Shown piece after piece: positions 26,311 to 34,958 of a stretch of DNA of 42,621 nt. The stretch's first letter is position 1. The number at the start of each line of letters is the position of its first letter. This DNA comes from Caproiciproducens sp. GTDB lineage: Bacteria; Bacillota; Clostridia; Oscillospirales; Acutalibacteraceae. Made by a program: the position numbers and the translations under genes. A model generated the notes under the pieces. It was not told where the DNA came from. It searched no databases and saw only the letters and a list, made by a program, of their open reading frames with translations. The stretch lies in contig DAMDEB010000005.1 in assembly GCA_032090075.1 (NCBI GenBank), positions 1 to 42,621 of the forward strand, in the 5' to 3' direction.

Positions 26311-26675
26311 CGACGACCTGAATACGTTAGCTGACGGACCCCAAAAGGGAAAGCGACTTCGGAGGATGCGCCAAGACCACCTGTAGGACGGCGATGAGAA
26401 CATGAAAGCGACCATATTCCTTTTATTCTGTTCATGGTTTCTCATTTTCCAACCTATCAAAGACGGCCAAATAAGGTGCAGAGCGGTACCCATCCGACCG
26501 AAAAGCGGGCTGTGGCAGCCTGTCTCGCAATGATCCCGTCAGCCTATATTGATACTTCTGTCCAGTCACAGCCCCCCCTTGACCGGGGGACCACGCAATG
26601 AGGGCAGCCAGCGGAGATCCCGGTGGAGGTGAGATTCCTATGATGCGGTGAAGCCAGCCGCAGTTCAGGCCGTCG
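26311..26675 (+). ncRNA. Putative large structured non-coding RNA (unclassified)
   Basis: Closing helix 26311-26322/26664-26675; helix 26507-26516/26565-26574; pseudoknot 26330-26337/26536-26543; no credible ORF. Confidence 0.55.
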
Positions 26676-26763
26676 CCTTTTGAGTCCTGCGCAGCAGGAT
26701 TCTGGTGCTTGGGGAGTAGTGTCAAATTAAGCACAGCAAGAAATCTTAATGTCAGAAGCAATG

Positions 26764-26827
26764 GGGATCGCCCTGCCTGCGGAGGCTCTCACAGCGAAGC
26801 AGATCATACAGGGCGGTCCCTATTTTT
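26764..26827 (+). terminator. Terminator-like stem before pemK
   Basis: gggatcgccctg/cagggcggtccc 12-bp stem with a long loop, followed by tattttt. Confidence 0.55.
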
Positions 26828-26872
26828 GTGCCATTAAGAAACCAAATAATGTCAAACAAGGGAGGTGCAAAT

Positions 26873-27280
26873 TTGAACGCTAACATGCAAACCATCAGCC
26901 GAGGCGATATTTTTTATGCCGATTTAAGCCCCGTTATCGGCTCGGAACAAGGGGGCATCCGTCCCGTACTTATCCTGCAAAACGATGTAGGCAACCGCCA
27001 TAGCCCCACCACCATCGTCTGCGCCATCACTGGCAAGCCCAAAAAGCCTCTGCCCACCCACACGGCCATCGCAGGAACAGGCGGATTATCCAGAGAGTCA
27101 TTTGCACTTCTGGAGCAGATACGCACCATCGACCGGGTAAGGCTCAAGGAACGGATTGGCAGGCTGGATATGCGGGAAATGAAAAAAATTGACGAAGCAC
27201 TGGCAATCAGCGTCGGACTTGAACCGGCGTTTTTTTATGAGGGAGGAATACACCATGACACATTCACAGGTATCCGATAA
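26873..27280 (+). CDS. PemK/MazF-family endoribonuclease toxin (no adjacent antitoxin recognised)
   Basis: RGDIFYADL.P..GSEQGG.RPVLILQND, AIT and EQIRTID motifs; TTG start after ggaggt. Confidence 0.9.
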   Translation: MNANMQTISRGDIFYADLSPVIGSEQGGIRPVLILQNDVGNRHSPTTIVCAITGKPKKPLPTHTAIAGTGGLSRESFALLEQIRTIDRVRLKERIGRLDMREMKKIDEALAISVGLEPAFFYEGGIHHDTFTGIR

Positions 27281-27413
27281 TCTGATGTACGCTGCCGCCC
27301 TGCAGCAGCTCGAACGGCTTGCAGCCGTCAAGGGCATGACGGACAAGGAACTTGAACAGGTTAAAAAAGACTTGGAACGCAGGCTGCGCCCCACCATCAT
27401 CGCGCTCTGCTGA
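27255..27413 (+). CDS. Small 52-aa SHOCT-like helical protein upstream of the recombinases
   Basis: Strong RBS ggagg before the ATG at 27255; G.MTDKE helical motif. Confidence 0.65.
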   Translation: MTHSQVSDNLMYAAALQQLERLAAVKGMTDKELEQVKKDLERRLRPTIIALC

Positions 27414-27505
27414 GTCCCGGAATTGTTTTCTGAATATTATCAACTATTCAGTAGCTATATGCCCGGAGGTGTGGTAGTGTATGTCGTTGAAAGGAGGGAA
27501 AAAAG

Positions 27506-29086
27506 ATGTATCAATCCAATTCAACATCGGCGGTAGCGCCGAAAATCACATTGATACAGGCGAGAAAGCCGGAAATTGCAAAGCTCCGTGTGGCGGCATA
27601 CGCCCGTGTGAGCAGCGATTCAGAGGATCAGCAGAACTCCTACATCGCACAGGTGGATTATTACACCCGGCACATCGCCGCACAGGACAGCTGGGAGTTG
27701 GCGGACATTTATGCCGACGAGGGAATTTCCGGCCTTGTGGCAAGCAAGCGGGATGAATTCAACCGCATGATTCAGGATTGCCGGGACGGAAAGATCGACC
27801 GCGTCCTCGTCAAATCCATCTCCCGCTTCGCAAGAAACACCAAAGAATATATCCAGTATGTGCGGGAGCTTCTTCGGCTGGGCATCTCTATCCACTTTGA
27901 AAAGGAGAACATCGACACCGGCAAAATGACGTCGGAGCAGATCGCCACCATTTACGGCGCTTTTTCACAGATGGAGTCACAGAACCACTCAAACAATATG
28001 CGGATCAGCGTCCGCATCCGTATGGAAAAAGGCGACTACCTCTCGCCGTCCGAGCCTTACGGCTACAGGCTGGAGGGGCGCACCCTGATGATTATTCCCG
28101 AACAGGCCGAGGTGGTGCGCCGCATTTATGCCGCTTATCTCAGCGGTCAGGGAAAGGATGACATCGCAGACAAGCTGAACAAAGCAGGCATCCCCCGCAC
28201 GAAAGGGCGAACCGTCTGGCACCCAAGCACAGTGGCATATATCCTCACCAACATCGCCTACACCGGAGATATGCTCTGGCAAAAGAGCTTCGCCACCAAC
28301 GAAATCCCCTTCCGGCAAGTGCGCAACAAGGGCGAAAAGCCGAAATATTTTGTAGAGAACTGCCATGAGGCGATTATTTCCAAGGAGGACTTTCAGCGGG
28401 TACAGGCACTGATGGAAAGCCGACGGAGGCAGACAAACGGAACGGTTTCCTCCGCACTGCTGGCAAAGAAAATCCGCTGTGAAGGCTGCGGAACCCTGTT
28501 CCGCAGAAAAATCGTCAATAACAAGGTCTACTGGACTTGCCGGAGGCATGACCGTGATAAAGACCTTTGCCCCACCTCACAGATACCGGAGGAACAGATT
28601 GTCACGGCAATCCTCCGCATGTACCACAAGCTGAAACGGCATCGCGCGCAAATCCTGTCCCCGGTCTTATCTCAGCTGACCGAGCTTCGGGAAAAGGAGC
28701 TTCGCTCCAACCGCAGAATCAATGATATCGACAAGGAAATCGCCCAGCTCACCGAGCAGAATCTCGTTCTTGTTCGACTCAAGTCGAAGGGATACGTAGA
28801 TTCTGCTCTTTATTTATCCCAAACCGGCGAAATTGACTTTAAGCTCCGGGAGCTGCGCCGTCAACGCCGCCGCATCATGGAGGCCAACGGCGAGGACAGT
28901 CAGATTAAAGCGACCCAAGCCATGCTGGATTATCTGGAGGACAGCCCCGAATATTTGGAGGCGCTCACGGAGGAAGTGTTTGAAACGCTGGTGGAGAGCA
29001 TCTTCATCTCATCGGAAACAGCAATGAATATCAGCCTTCACAACGGTCTGATGCTGAAAGAAACCATGGAAAGGACGGTGCGGTAA
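27506..29086 (+). CDS. Large serine recombinase 1
   Basis: Catalytic AYARVS; YADEGISG and KSISRFAR motifs; recombinase domain; CxxC zinc ribbon; coiled coil. Confidence 0.93.
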   Translation: MYQSNSTSAVAPKITLIQARKPEIAKLRVAAYARVSSDSEDQQNSYIAQVDYYTRHIAAQDSWELADIYADEGISGLVASKRDEFNRMIQDCRDGKIDRVLVKSISRFARNTKEYIQYVRELLRLGISIHFEKENIDTGKMTSEQIATIYGAFSQMESQNHSNNMRISVRIRMEKGDYLSPSEPYGYRLEGRTLMIIPEQAEVVRRIYAAYLSGQGKDDIADKLNKAGIPRTKGRTVWHPSTVAYILTNIAYTGDMLWQKSFATNEIPFRQVRNKGEKPKYFVENCHEAIISKEDFQRVQALMESRRRQTNGTVSSALLAKKIRCEGCGTLFRRKIVNNKVYWTCRRHDRDKDLCPTSQIPEEQIVTAILRMYHKLKRHRAQILSPVLSQLTELREKELRSNRRINDIDKEIAQLTEQNLVLVRLKSKGYVDSALYLSQTGEIDFKLRELRRQRRRIMEANGEDSQIKATQAMLDYLEDSPEYLEALTEEVFETLVESIFISSETAMNISLHNGLMLKETMERTVR

Positions 29087-29087
29087 T

Positions 29088-29975
29088 ATGGCATGGCAGA
29101 GAAAAATCCCCTTCGGGTACACCATGAAAAGGGGTGAGCTGCAGTGTTGTCCCACAGAATCAGCGGCGGTCAAAGAGATTTTCAGGCTTTATACTGACGG
29201 CATGGCCTACAGCAAAATTGCCGCCGAAATGATGCGCCGGGGGCTTCGCTACCACAGCCACACGGCCGAATGGAACAAGCACATGGTCAAGCGCATCCTC
29301 GAAAACGAACGCTATCTTGGGGAAAAGGAATATCCCCCCATCCTTGAGCCGGAAGCCTTTCTGCGTGCCCAGCTTATCAGGAGAGAAAAGAATGCCTATA
29401 CACCCTGCCCGGACTATATCGGACCCATCCGTGAAAAAGCGGTCTGCGGCGTGTGCGGCGGCAGGATGCTCCGCGATACCAGAGCTGGGGGAAAGCCCCG
29501 CTGGTACTGCGAAAAGGAGGGCTGTACCAACCGCCGTTACATAGAGGACGAGGACATCCGCACAGCCCTATCCGATAGGCTGAATGTGCTGGCGCAGACC
29601 CCCAACCTCTTAGAATGGTTTCTGCCGCAAAATATAGAGGAGCCGACGCTGGAGGCGGTACGCATCCAGAACGAGGTCATCCGGGAGCTGAACAAAGCGG
29701 AGCCGGGACAGGAGTACACCAAAATGTTGATACTGGTCTGTGCCGCCGAGCAATACAGCGGACTGCCTGATTATATGCCTTACTATCAGATGCAGAGACT
29801 GAAGGAGAAAATCCTTACACAATCCATCAATGCGGAACTTCTCAGAGAGCTTTTCACAATCGCAGTGCAGGAAATCCAATTTACCGCCCACGGCAGTCTC
29901 CGCTTGCGACTCATCAACGGAAAAACCCTTGAAGCAGATGGAAAGGAGGATGCAAAGTGCCCGAAAGCGCAGTGA
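29088..29975 (+). CDS. Recombinase/zinc-ribbon domain protein lacking the catalytic resolvase domain
   Basis: Begins at IPFGY; W....V.RIL.NERYLG and CGVCG...WYC motifs; no YxRxS. Confidence 0.85.
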   Translation: MAWQRKIPFGYTMKRGELQCCPTESAAVKEIFRLYTDGMAYSKIAAEMMRRGLRYHSHTAEWNKHMVKRILENERYLGEKEYPPILEPEAFLRAQLIRREKNAYTPCPDYIGPIREKAVCGVCGGRMLRDTRAGGKPRWYCEKEGCTNRRYIEDEDIRTALSDRLNVLAQTPNLLEWFLPQNIEEPTLEAVRIQNEVIRELNKAEPGQEYTKMLILVCAAEQYSGLPDYMPYYQMQRLKEKILTQSINAELLRELFTIAVQEIQFTAHGSLRLRLINGKTLEADGKEDAKCPKAQ

Positions 29976-31576
29976 GAAAAGTCACGGTGATTCCCGCTGA
30001 TCCCAAGCACAACCAAAAGGATATCCGCAAGCAGCGCCTGCGGGTAGCGCCTTACTGCCGCGTTTCCACCAGCTCCGAGGAACAGCTCGACAGCTATCAG
30101 GCGCAGATTGAATATTACACCGAAAAAATCGCCGCCCAGCAGGAGTGGACCATGGTGGATATGTTTGCGGACGAGGGCAAAACCGCAACCTCCACCAAAA
30201 AGCGCAAGGATTTCCTGCGGATGATCAAGGCCTGTGAAAAGGGCAAGGTGGATTTGATTATCACCAAATCGGTATCCCGGTTCTGCCGGAATACGCTGGA
30301 CGGTCTGGATTATGTCCGCAGGCTCAAGCGGATGGGCGTGGGCGTCTTCTTTGAAAAGGAAAATGTCAACACCCTCTACATGGACAATGAAATGATTCTC
30401 ACCTTTATGATGAGCCAGGCACAGGCCGAGAGCGAGTCCATGAGCGGCAACATCCGCTGGGGACACCGCAAAAATTTCAAGGACGGCAAGGTTTACTTTC
30501 ACTATGCCGGATTTTTAGGCTATCGCCGGGGCGAGAACGATCTGCCTGAAATCGACCCGGAGGAAGCGGAAATCGTCCGCAGGATTTTTTCACGGTATCT
30601 GATTGGGCACAGCGTAGCCAAAATCATCGCAGACCTTGAGGCGGACGGCATCAAAACGGCGCGGGGGCATAAAAAGTGGAATGACGGCGTGATACGGGGG
30701 ATGCTTCAAAACGAAAAATACATGGGGGACGCTCTGCTCCAGAAAACCTACATCGCAGACCTTTTTACTCGCCAGACTAAGAAGAACACCGGTGAGCTTC
30801 CCCAATACTACGTGGAGAACAGCCATCCCGCCATCATCGACCGGCTGACCTTTCAGCGGGTGCAGGAGGAAATGGCACGGCGCTCCAGCCTGAAAAAGGT
30901 CAGCGCCGCCGCCAAAACCGAGCTTGCCAAATACAGCGGCAAATATGTGCTGACCGAGCTGTTATCCTGCGGAAATTGCGGCAGTCCCTACCGCAGAGTG
31001 ACATGGACCAGACCGGAGGGTAAAAAAATTGTCTGGCGGTGCATCAACCGTCTGGAGAATGGTAAGAAGTTCTGCAAGGACGCCCCCACGCTGGAGGAAA
31101 ACAGGATTCACACTGCGGTGGTCAGTGCCATGAACGAAATGTTCAGCCAAAAGAGCTTGAAAGCAATTCTGCAGGACAGCATCCGAACAGCCCTTTTGCC
31201 GGGAAATGGCGAAACCAGCCTTGCAGCCATCGACAGCAGGCTTTCTCAACTGCGGGAACAGCAGTACCGGCTCCTTCAGCTTGCCGCCGCCGTGGGAGCG
31301 GATTCCACCCAATACGATGAGGAACTGAAGAAGGTCAGTATGGAATTCTCCGCACTGGTGGCAAAACGGAGCGAGCTGGAGAAAAATAAGCAGGATACCG
31401 AACAGGCGGACGAGCGTGCAGAGCAGCTTGCCGCCGAGCTGGAATCGGCGGACACCGGCATCACTGCCTTTGACGAGGTCACGGTGCGGCAGCTGATCAG
31501 CGCCATTACGGTACTCAGCGAAGAAAAACTGCTCATCCGTTTCAAGGACGGAACGGAGATTGAGCAGATCATATAA
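29957..31576 (+). CDS. Large serine recombinase 2
   Basis: Catalytic YCRVST; KSVSRFCR, L.NEKYMGD and CGNCG...WRC motifs; GTG start after aaggagg. Confidence 0.93.
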   Translation: MPESAVRKVTVIPADPKHNQKDIRKQRLRVAPYCRVSTSSEEQLDSYQAQIEYYTEKIAAQQEWTMVDMFADEGKTATSTKKRKDFLRMIKACEKGKVDLIITKSVSRFCRNTLDGLDYVRRLKRMGVGVFFEKENVNTLYMDNEMILTFMMSQAQAESESMSGNIRWGHRKNFKDGKVYFHYAGFLGYRRGENDLPEIDPEEAEIVRRIFSRYLIGHSVAKIIADLEADGIKTARGHKKWNDGVIRGMLQNEKYMGDALLQKTYIADLFTRQTKKNTGELPQYYVENSHPAIIDRLTFQRVQEEMARRSSLKKVSAAAKTELAKYSGKYVLTELLSCGNCGSPYRRVTWTRPEGKKIVWRCINRLENGKKFCKDAPTLEENRIHTAVVSAMNEMFSQKSLKAILQDSIRTALLPGNGETSLAAIDSRLSQLREQQYRLLQLAAAVGADSTQYDEELKKVSMEFSALVAKRSELEKNKQDTEQADERAEQLAAELESADTGITAFDEVTVRQLISAITVLSEEKLLIRFKDGTEIEQII

Positions 31577-31586
31577 GGGCAACAGC

Positions 31587-31622
31587 AATCAGGTGCGGTG
31601 AAATATCCTGCACCTGATTTTC
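31587..31622 (+). terminator. Terminator-like hairpin after the recombinases
   Basis: aatcaggtgcgg/ctgcacctgatt stem plus T-run. Confidence 0.6.
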
Positions 31623-31675
31623 TATATCCCATAAGTAGCTGAACATAAATTCAAAGCATATCAGGAGGAATGAAA

Positions 31676-31957
31676 ATGTTTTTCGATTACCAAAAAGCAC
31701 AGCGGATGAAGGAGCGGTATCCCAGCGGAACCCGCATCCGACTCAATAGTATGGATGACCCCTATGCGCCCATTGCGCCGGGAACGGAAGGAACTGTAAA
31801 TTTTGTAGATGACATCGGCACGCTTCACTGCACCTTTGACAATGGACGCACCCTCGGTGTCGTTCCCGGAGAGGACAGCTTCTCGGTGCTCTCGCGTCCA
31901 GCACCGTCTGAGCCGGAGGAAAGTCCCACTCCGCAGTTCGGCATGAGGATGGAATGA
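31676..31957 (+). CDS. DUF4314-like protein
   Basis: YPSGTRI.L..MDDP, G..GTV..VDDIG and DNG..L...PGED motifs. Confidence 0.85.
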   Translation: MFFDYQKAQRMKERYPSGTRIRLNSMDDPYAPIAPGTEGTVNFVDDIGTLHCTFDNGRTLGVVPGEDSFSVLSRPAPSEPEESPTPQFGMRME

Positions 31958-31971
31958 AAGGAGGATGCACC

Positions 31972-32343
31972 GTGAAACGGATTACGACAGATGAGCTTCG
32001 CACCATGACAGACCATGAGGGACTGATTCTTCAAGGCTGCGGCGGGGAGCTTTCAGAATGGGTAAACGGCATCAACGAGCTGCTGACACAGGAAGGAATT
32101 CTGCAAAACGGCGATACCTTCAAGGATGTTTTCGCTTTTGAGCATGACGGCTGCACCAATCTGCTGTTTTCTATGGAAAATGTGGATTTGCATATGGGAA
32201 AGCTCGCCATATGGCGTTTGCAGTCACACAGTGCTTTCGGCGGCACTTGGCTGAGTGATTATCTTCCCAACCGGCTGGGCGTTCATATGGATGAAGCAAC
32301 TGCACAACAGGACGGCGGCCTTGAAATGAAACAAAGCTACTAA
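31972..32343 (+). CDS. Hypothetical ICE protein
   Basis: GTG start after aaggagg; EGLILQGCGG and FGGTWLSDY motifs. Confidence 0.75.
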   Translation: MKRITTDELRTMTDHEGLILQGCGGELSEWVNGINELLTQEGILQNGDTFKDVFAFEHDGCTNLLFSMENVDLHMGKLAIWRLQSHSAFGGTWLSDYLPNRLGVHMDEATAQQDGGLEMKQSY

Positions 32344-32427
32344 CAATTCCAAGCATTTCACCGGCGGAGCTTGCTCTGCTGGGTACATAAAAAAACAGGC
32401 TCCCACGGAGCCGGAAAGGAGAAACCT

Positions 32428-33294
32428 ATGAAAGCATTGAAAAAAAACAGTGCCCTGTATCTGGAACAGATTGCCTCTGCGGTAGCTGAATGCTATGAAA
32501 AAGATGAAAAGCCCTGCAATCGGGCACTGCTGGAGCTTTATACGAGGATCGGTCAATGTATCTGCCGTCAGGGAGAAAAAGCGTTTATTACGCATTTGTC
32601 TGAGATGCTCGCCGACCGGTTTCCATCGCTGAAAGGCTTCTCTCTTCGCAATCTCCGCAGGATGCGTGACTTTTACCGCACTTATGAAAACAGCCCGGCT
32701 CTTATGAGCAGGGCACAGTCCCTTGGCTGGACACAAAATGCCGTGATACTGGAGTGCTGTGAAACCGATGCGCAGCGTTCGTTTTATATTGACCTTGCGG
32801 TGGAACGGAACCTTTCCAAGCTGTCGCTCATGAATGCCATTCAGGAGGATGCCTTTGCCGAGACCCTCCATGCAGAAATTTGCTCCGAAAACGTGGAACC
32901 CAGCTGCGCCCCTGTAAGCGATAGCCGCATCGATGAAGCAGTAGACACCACCACATCAGTTGAAACGGCGTGTGAGCCGTTTGTGACAGCGTGTGAGCCT
33001 CCCCACCAAGGGGATACTCTGCTCCGAGGCACTGGCAGTGGCTACAGTGAAATTCTCACAATAATTCCAACCGGCAAAAGAATGAAAAATATGCGAAAAC
33101 AGTCCATTTCATGCTGGCAGGCTTACCCGTTTCTGGAGCGCTCCGCTTCGCCAAAACCATTGGCGCAGAAACAAATCATCCATTTAAAGCCGCCGCCAGA
33201 TATGGTTCAACCGAAGAAGCTCCCGCCGCCTTTCATCAGAAAACAGGGCAGGAATTATCAATGGCAAGTACATCGACCGAAAACAGCCGCATAA
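32428..33294 (+). CDS. DUF1016 (YhcG) N-terminal domain protein without a recognisable nuclease domain
   Basis: Y..IG and LS..L...FP..KGFS.RNLRRMRDFY motifs; low-complexity C-terminal half. Confidence 0.75.
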   Translation: MKALKKNSALYLEQIASAVAECYEKDEKPCNRALLELYTRIGQCICRQGEKAFITHLSEMLADRFPSLKGFSLRNLRRMRDFYRTYENSPALMSRAQSLGWTQNAVILECCETDAQRSFYIDLAVERNLSKLSLMNAIQEDAFAETLHAEICSENVEPSCAPVSDSRIDEAVDTTTSVETACEPFVTACEPPHQGDTLLRGTGSGYSEILTIIPTGKRMKNMRKQSISCWQAYPFLERSASPKPLAQKQIIHLKPPPDMVQPKKLPPPFIRKQGRNYQWQVHRPKTAA

Positions 33295-33434
33295 TTATTT
33301 GAACACGGCCGTGAAGAGTCTGAGGATTTATGGCATCATAAAATTGGTCATTGCCTGCGGAGAATCTGATTTATTTTGAGAATTTGGCGCTCTCTTTGGA
33401 GAAAGATAAGAAATCTTTTTTCCACGGTGTCCAC

Positions 33435-33478
33435 AAAAAGACATAGCTTTCCGTCAAAGGGAAGCTATGTCTTTTTTT
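33435..33478. terminator. Bidirectional terminator near the probable end of ICE-type genes
   Basis: aaaaagacatagctt/aagctatgtcttttt stem. Confidence 0.7.
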
Positions 33479-33558
33479 ATGTACGTCGATCTGATATGAT
33501 AAAGTCAGGCTCAAATATAATCATGCTGATAAAACGAAAATTACCAAGGAGGGAACAT

Positions 33559-34410
33559 ATGAAAACAATTAGGTTGTTGTACCCGGATTATTTAAGCGGT
33601 GGGTTAGAGACATATTATTTTGGTGCGAAGCTGCTTGCGCATATTCTTCCCGAAAATGAAAATCAACCCTTGCTGGAAGTAAAAATCGCTCCGCCCGACG
33701 GGAAGGAGCGCAGTGTGGCAGATGGAATTTATGCCAAGGATGAGGTCGTCGCCGGCATAAGGAAGGCGGCTGAGGTAATTGAGGCTGCCAGACCGGACAG
33801 GATTATCACGATTGGTGGCAATTGCATCGTTTCACAGGCTCCTTTTGATTATCTGCATGGGATCTACGATAATGTCGGCATTATCTGGATTGATGCTCAT
33901 CCGGATGTATCAACTGTCAAGGACGGTTACCCAAATGCCCATGCTATGGTACTTGGCTCGCTTATGGGTCATGGGGACAATACACTTTCCGGCCTGATGA
34001 AGAACAAAAAATTCAGTGCTGATGATATTTTATACGTTGGATTACAGAAACTGCACAGCTACCAGGAGAAGTTTTTAAAAGATATGGGCGTAGATTACAA
34101 AGTGCAGACAGAGGCGTTTTTATCCGATGATGAAATCAGGGGTTTCTTGTGCCGTTTTGACCATATATTGATTCATCTTGATATTGATGTGTTGGATGCA
34201 AGCCTATTTCACTCTACCTATTTCGCAAACAAGGAGTTGGTTGGAGATGGCAGCGGAAGCGGAAGGATGACGATGGAGAAGCTTTCCGGCGTGCTGAAGT
34301 GTATAACCGAGAATGCCGATGTTATCGGATTCACAATAGCGGAATATCTTCCGTTTGATGAGCACAAACTGCACAAAATGTTTGCGGACATCAAAATATT
34401 TAATAATTGA
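33559..34410 (+). CDS. Arginase/ureohydrolase family protein
   Basis: GGNC, WIDAHPD, HAM and HLDIDVLD motifs; RBS aaggagg. Confidence 0.9.
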   Translation: MKTIRLLYPDYLSGGLETYYFGAKLLAHILPENENQPLLEVKIAPPDGKERSVADGIYAKDEVVAGIRKAAEVIEAARPDRIITIGGNCIVSQAPFDYLHGIYDNVGIIWIDAHPDVSTVKDGYPNAHAMVLGSLMGHGDNTLSGLMKNKKFSADDILYVGLQKLHSYQEKFLKDMGVDYKVQTEAFLSDDEIRGFLCRFDHILIHLDIDVLDASLFHSTYFANKELVGDGSGSGRMTMEKLSGVLKCITENADVIGFTIAEYLPFDEHKLHKMFADIKIFNN

Positions 34411-34652
34411 TAAATTCAGCTTTTATCGGTTAAACCATCAGCAATATCTTACCAGTCCGTAAAATCTTTTTTTCACTGTTTCCATAAAAACAGAGCTCGA
34501 TCTTTGTAGTTTGGCTTTGTTTTTAGAAGAATTCGAAAAAAATTGATTTTGATAGAACATGGTTACGATGTATTTTATCGGGAGCGACATGGCAGACTGC
34601 ACTGCAAATCGGCAATGTCAAAATGACTCTTCAGTTGCCCTGCATTCATCGC

Positions 34653-34689
34653 AAAGAAAAGCCACAGCCCATGGCTGTGGCTTTTCTTT
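34653..34689. terminator. Bidirectional intrinsic terminator
   Basis: Perfect 17-bp stem aaagaaaagccacagcc/ggctgtggcttttcttt. Confidence 0.8.
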
Positions 34690-34828
34690 TAAAGAGACTT
34701 ACACCCAAAGGATTTGGGTGTTGAGAAAAAATAGACTGCGGCAACTTTAACCGAACACGGTACGGCGAACTGTGCTGCAAATTGAAAATATCAGAATGAC
34801 AACAGTAGGGTCTCCTTGTTTTCATTCA

Positions 34829-34857
34829 TTGAAATTCATTTATGATATGGATATAAT
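34829..34857 (+). promoter_or_regulatory. SigA-type promoter
   Basis: TTGAAA-17 nt-TATAAT. Confidence 0.6.
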
Positions 34858-34958
34858 AAAAAGAAAGCTGGCGATCAAGAAATCCCCGCCCTTATCTTTA
34901 CCTGATCAGGGAGGGGAGACAGACTCCAAAAAATGAAATTCGGAAAGCGGTGAAAGCT

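Larger units (their letters stand above)
2938..33294 (+). mobile_element. Integrative conjugative element backbone (T4SS, relaxase, coupling protein, serine recombinases); boundaries not resolved, probably extends left of the window
   Basis: Co-oriented VirB6-like, VirB4, cell-wall hydrolase, relaxase, Toprim, VirD4 and large serine recombinase genes; no att sites identified. Confidence 0.85.

Noticed and set aside
26311..26675. Group II intron, FMN or cobalamin riboswitch as the identity of the structured region
   Set aside because: Only a ggtgagattcc loop is shared; I saw no domain V, GUGYG start or full riboswitch consensus.
33395..33440. Possible att site or tRNA 3'-end remnant (tccacggtgtccac); ccacggtgt also occurs at 2471
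   Set aside because: Only a 9-bp match, no T-arm consensus, and not distinguishable from chance.
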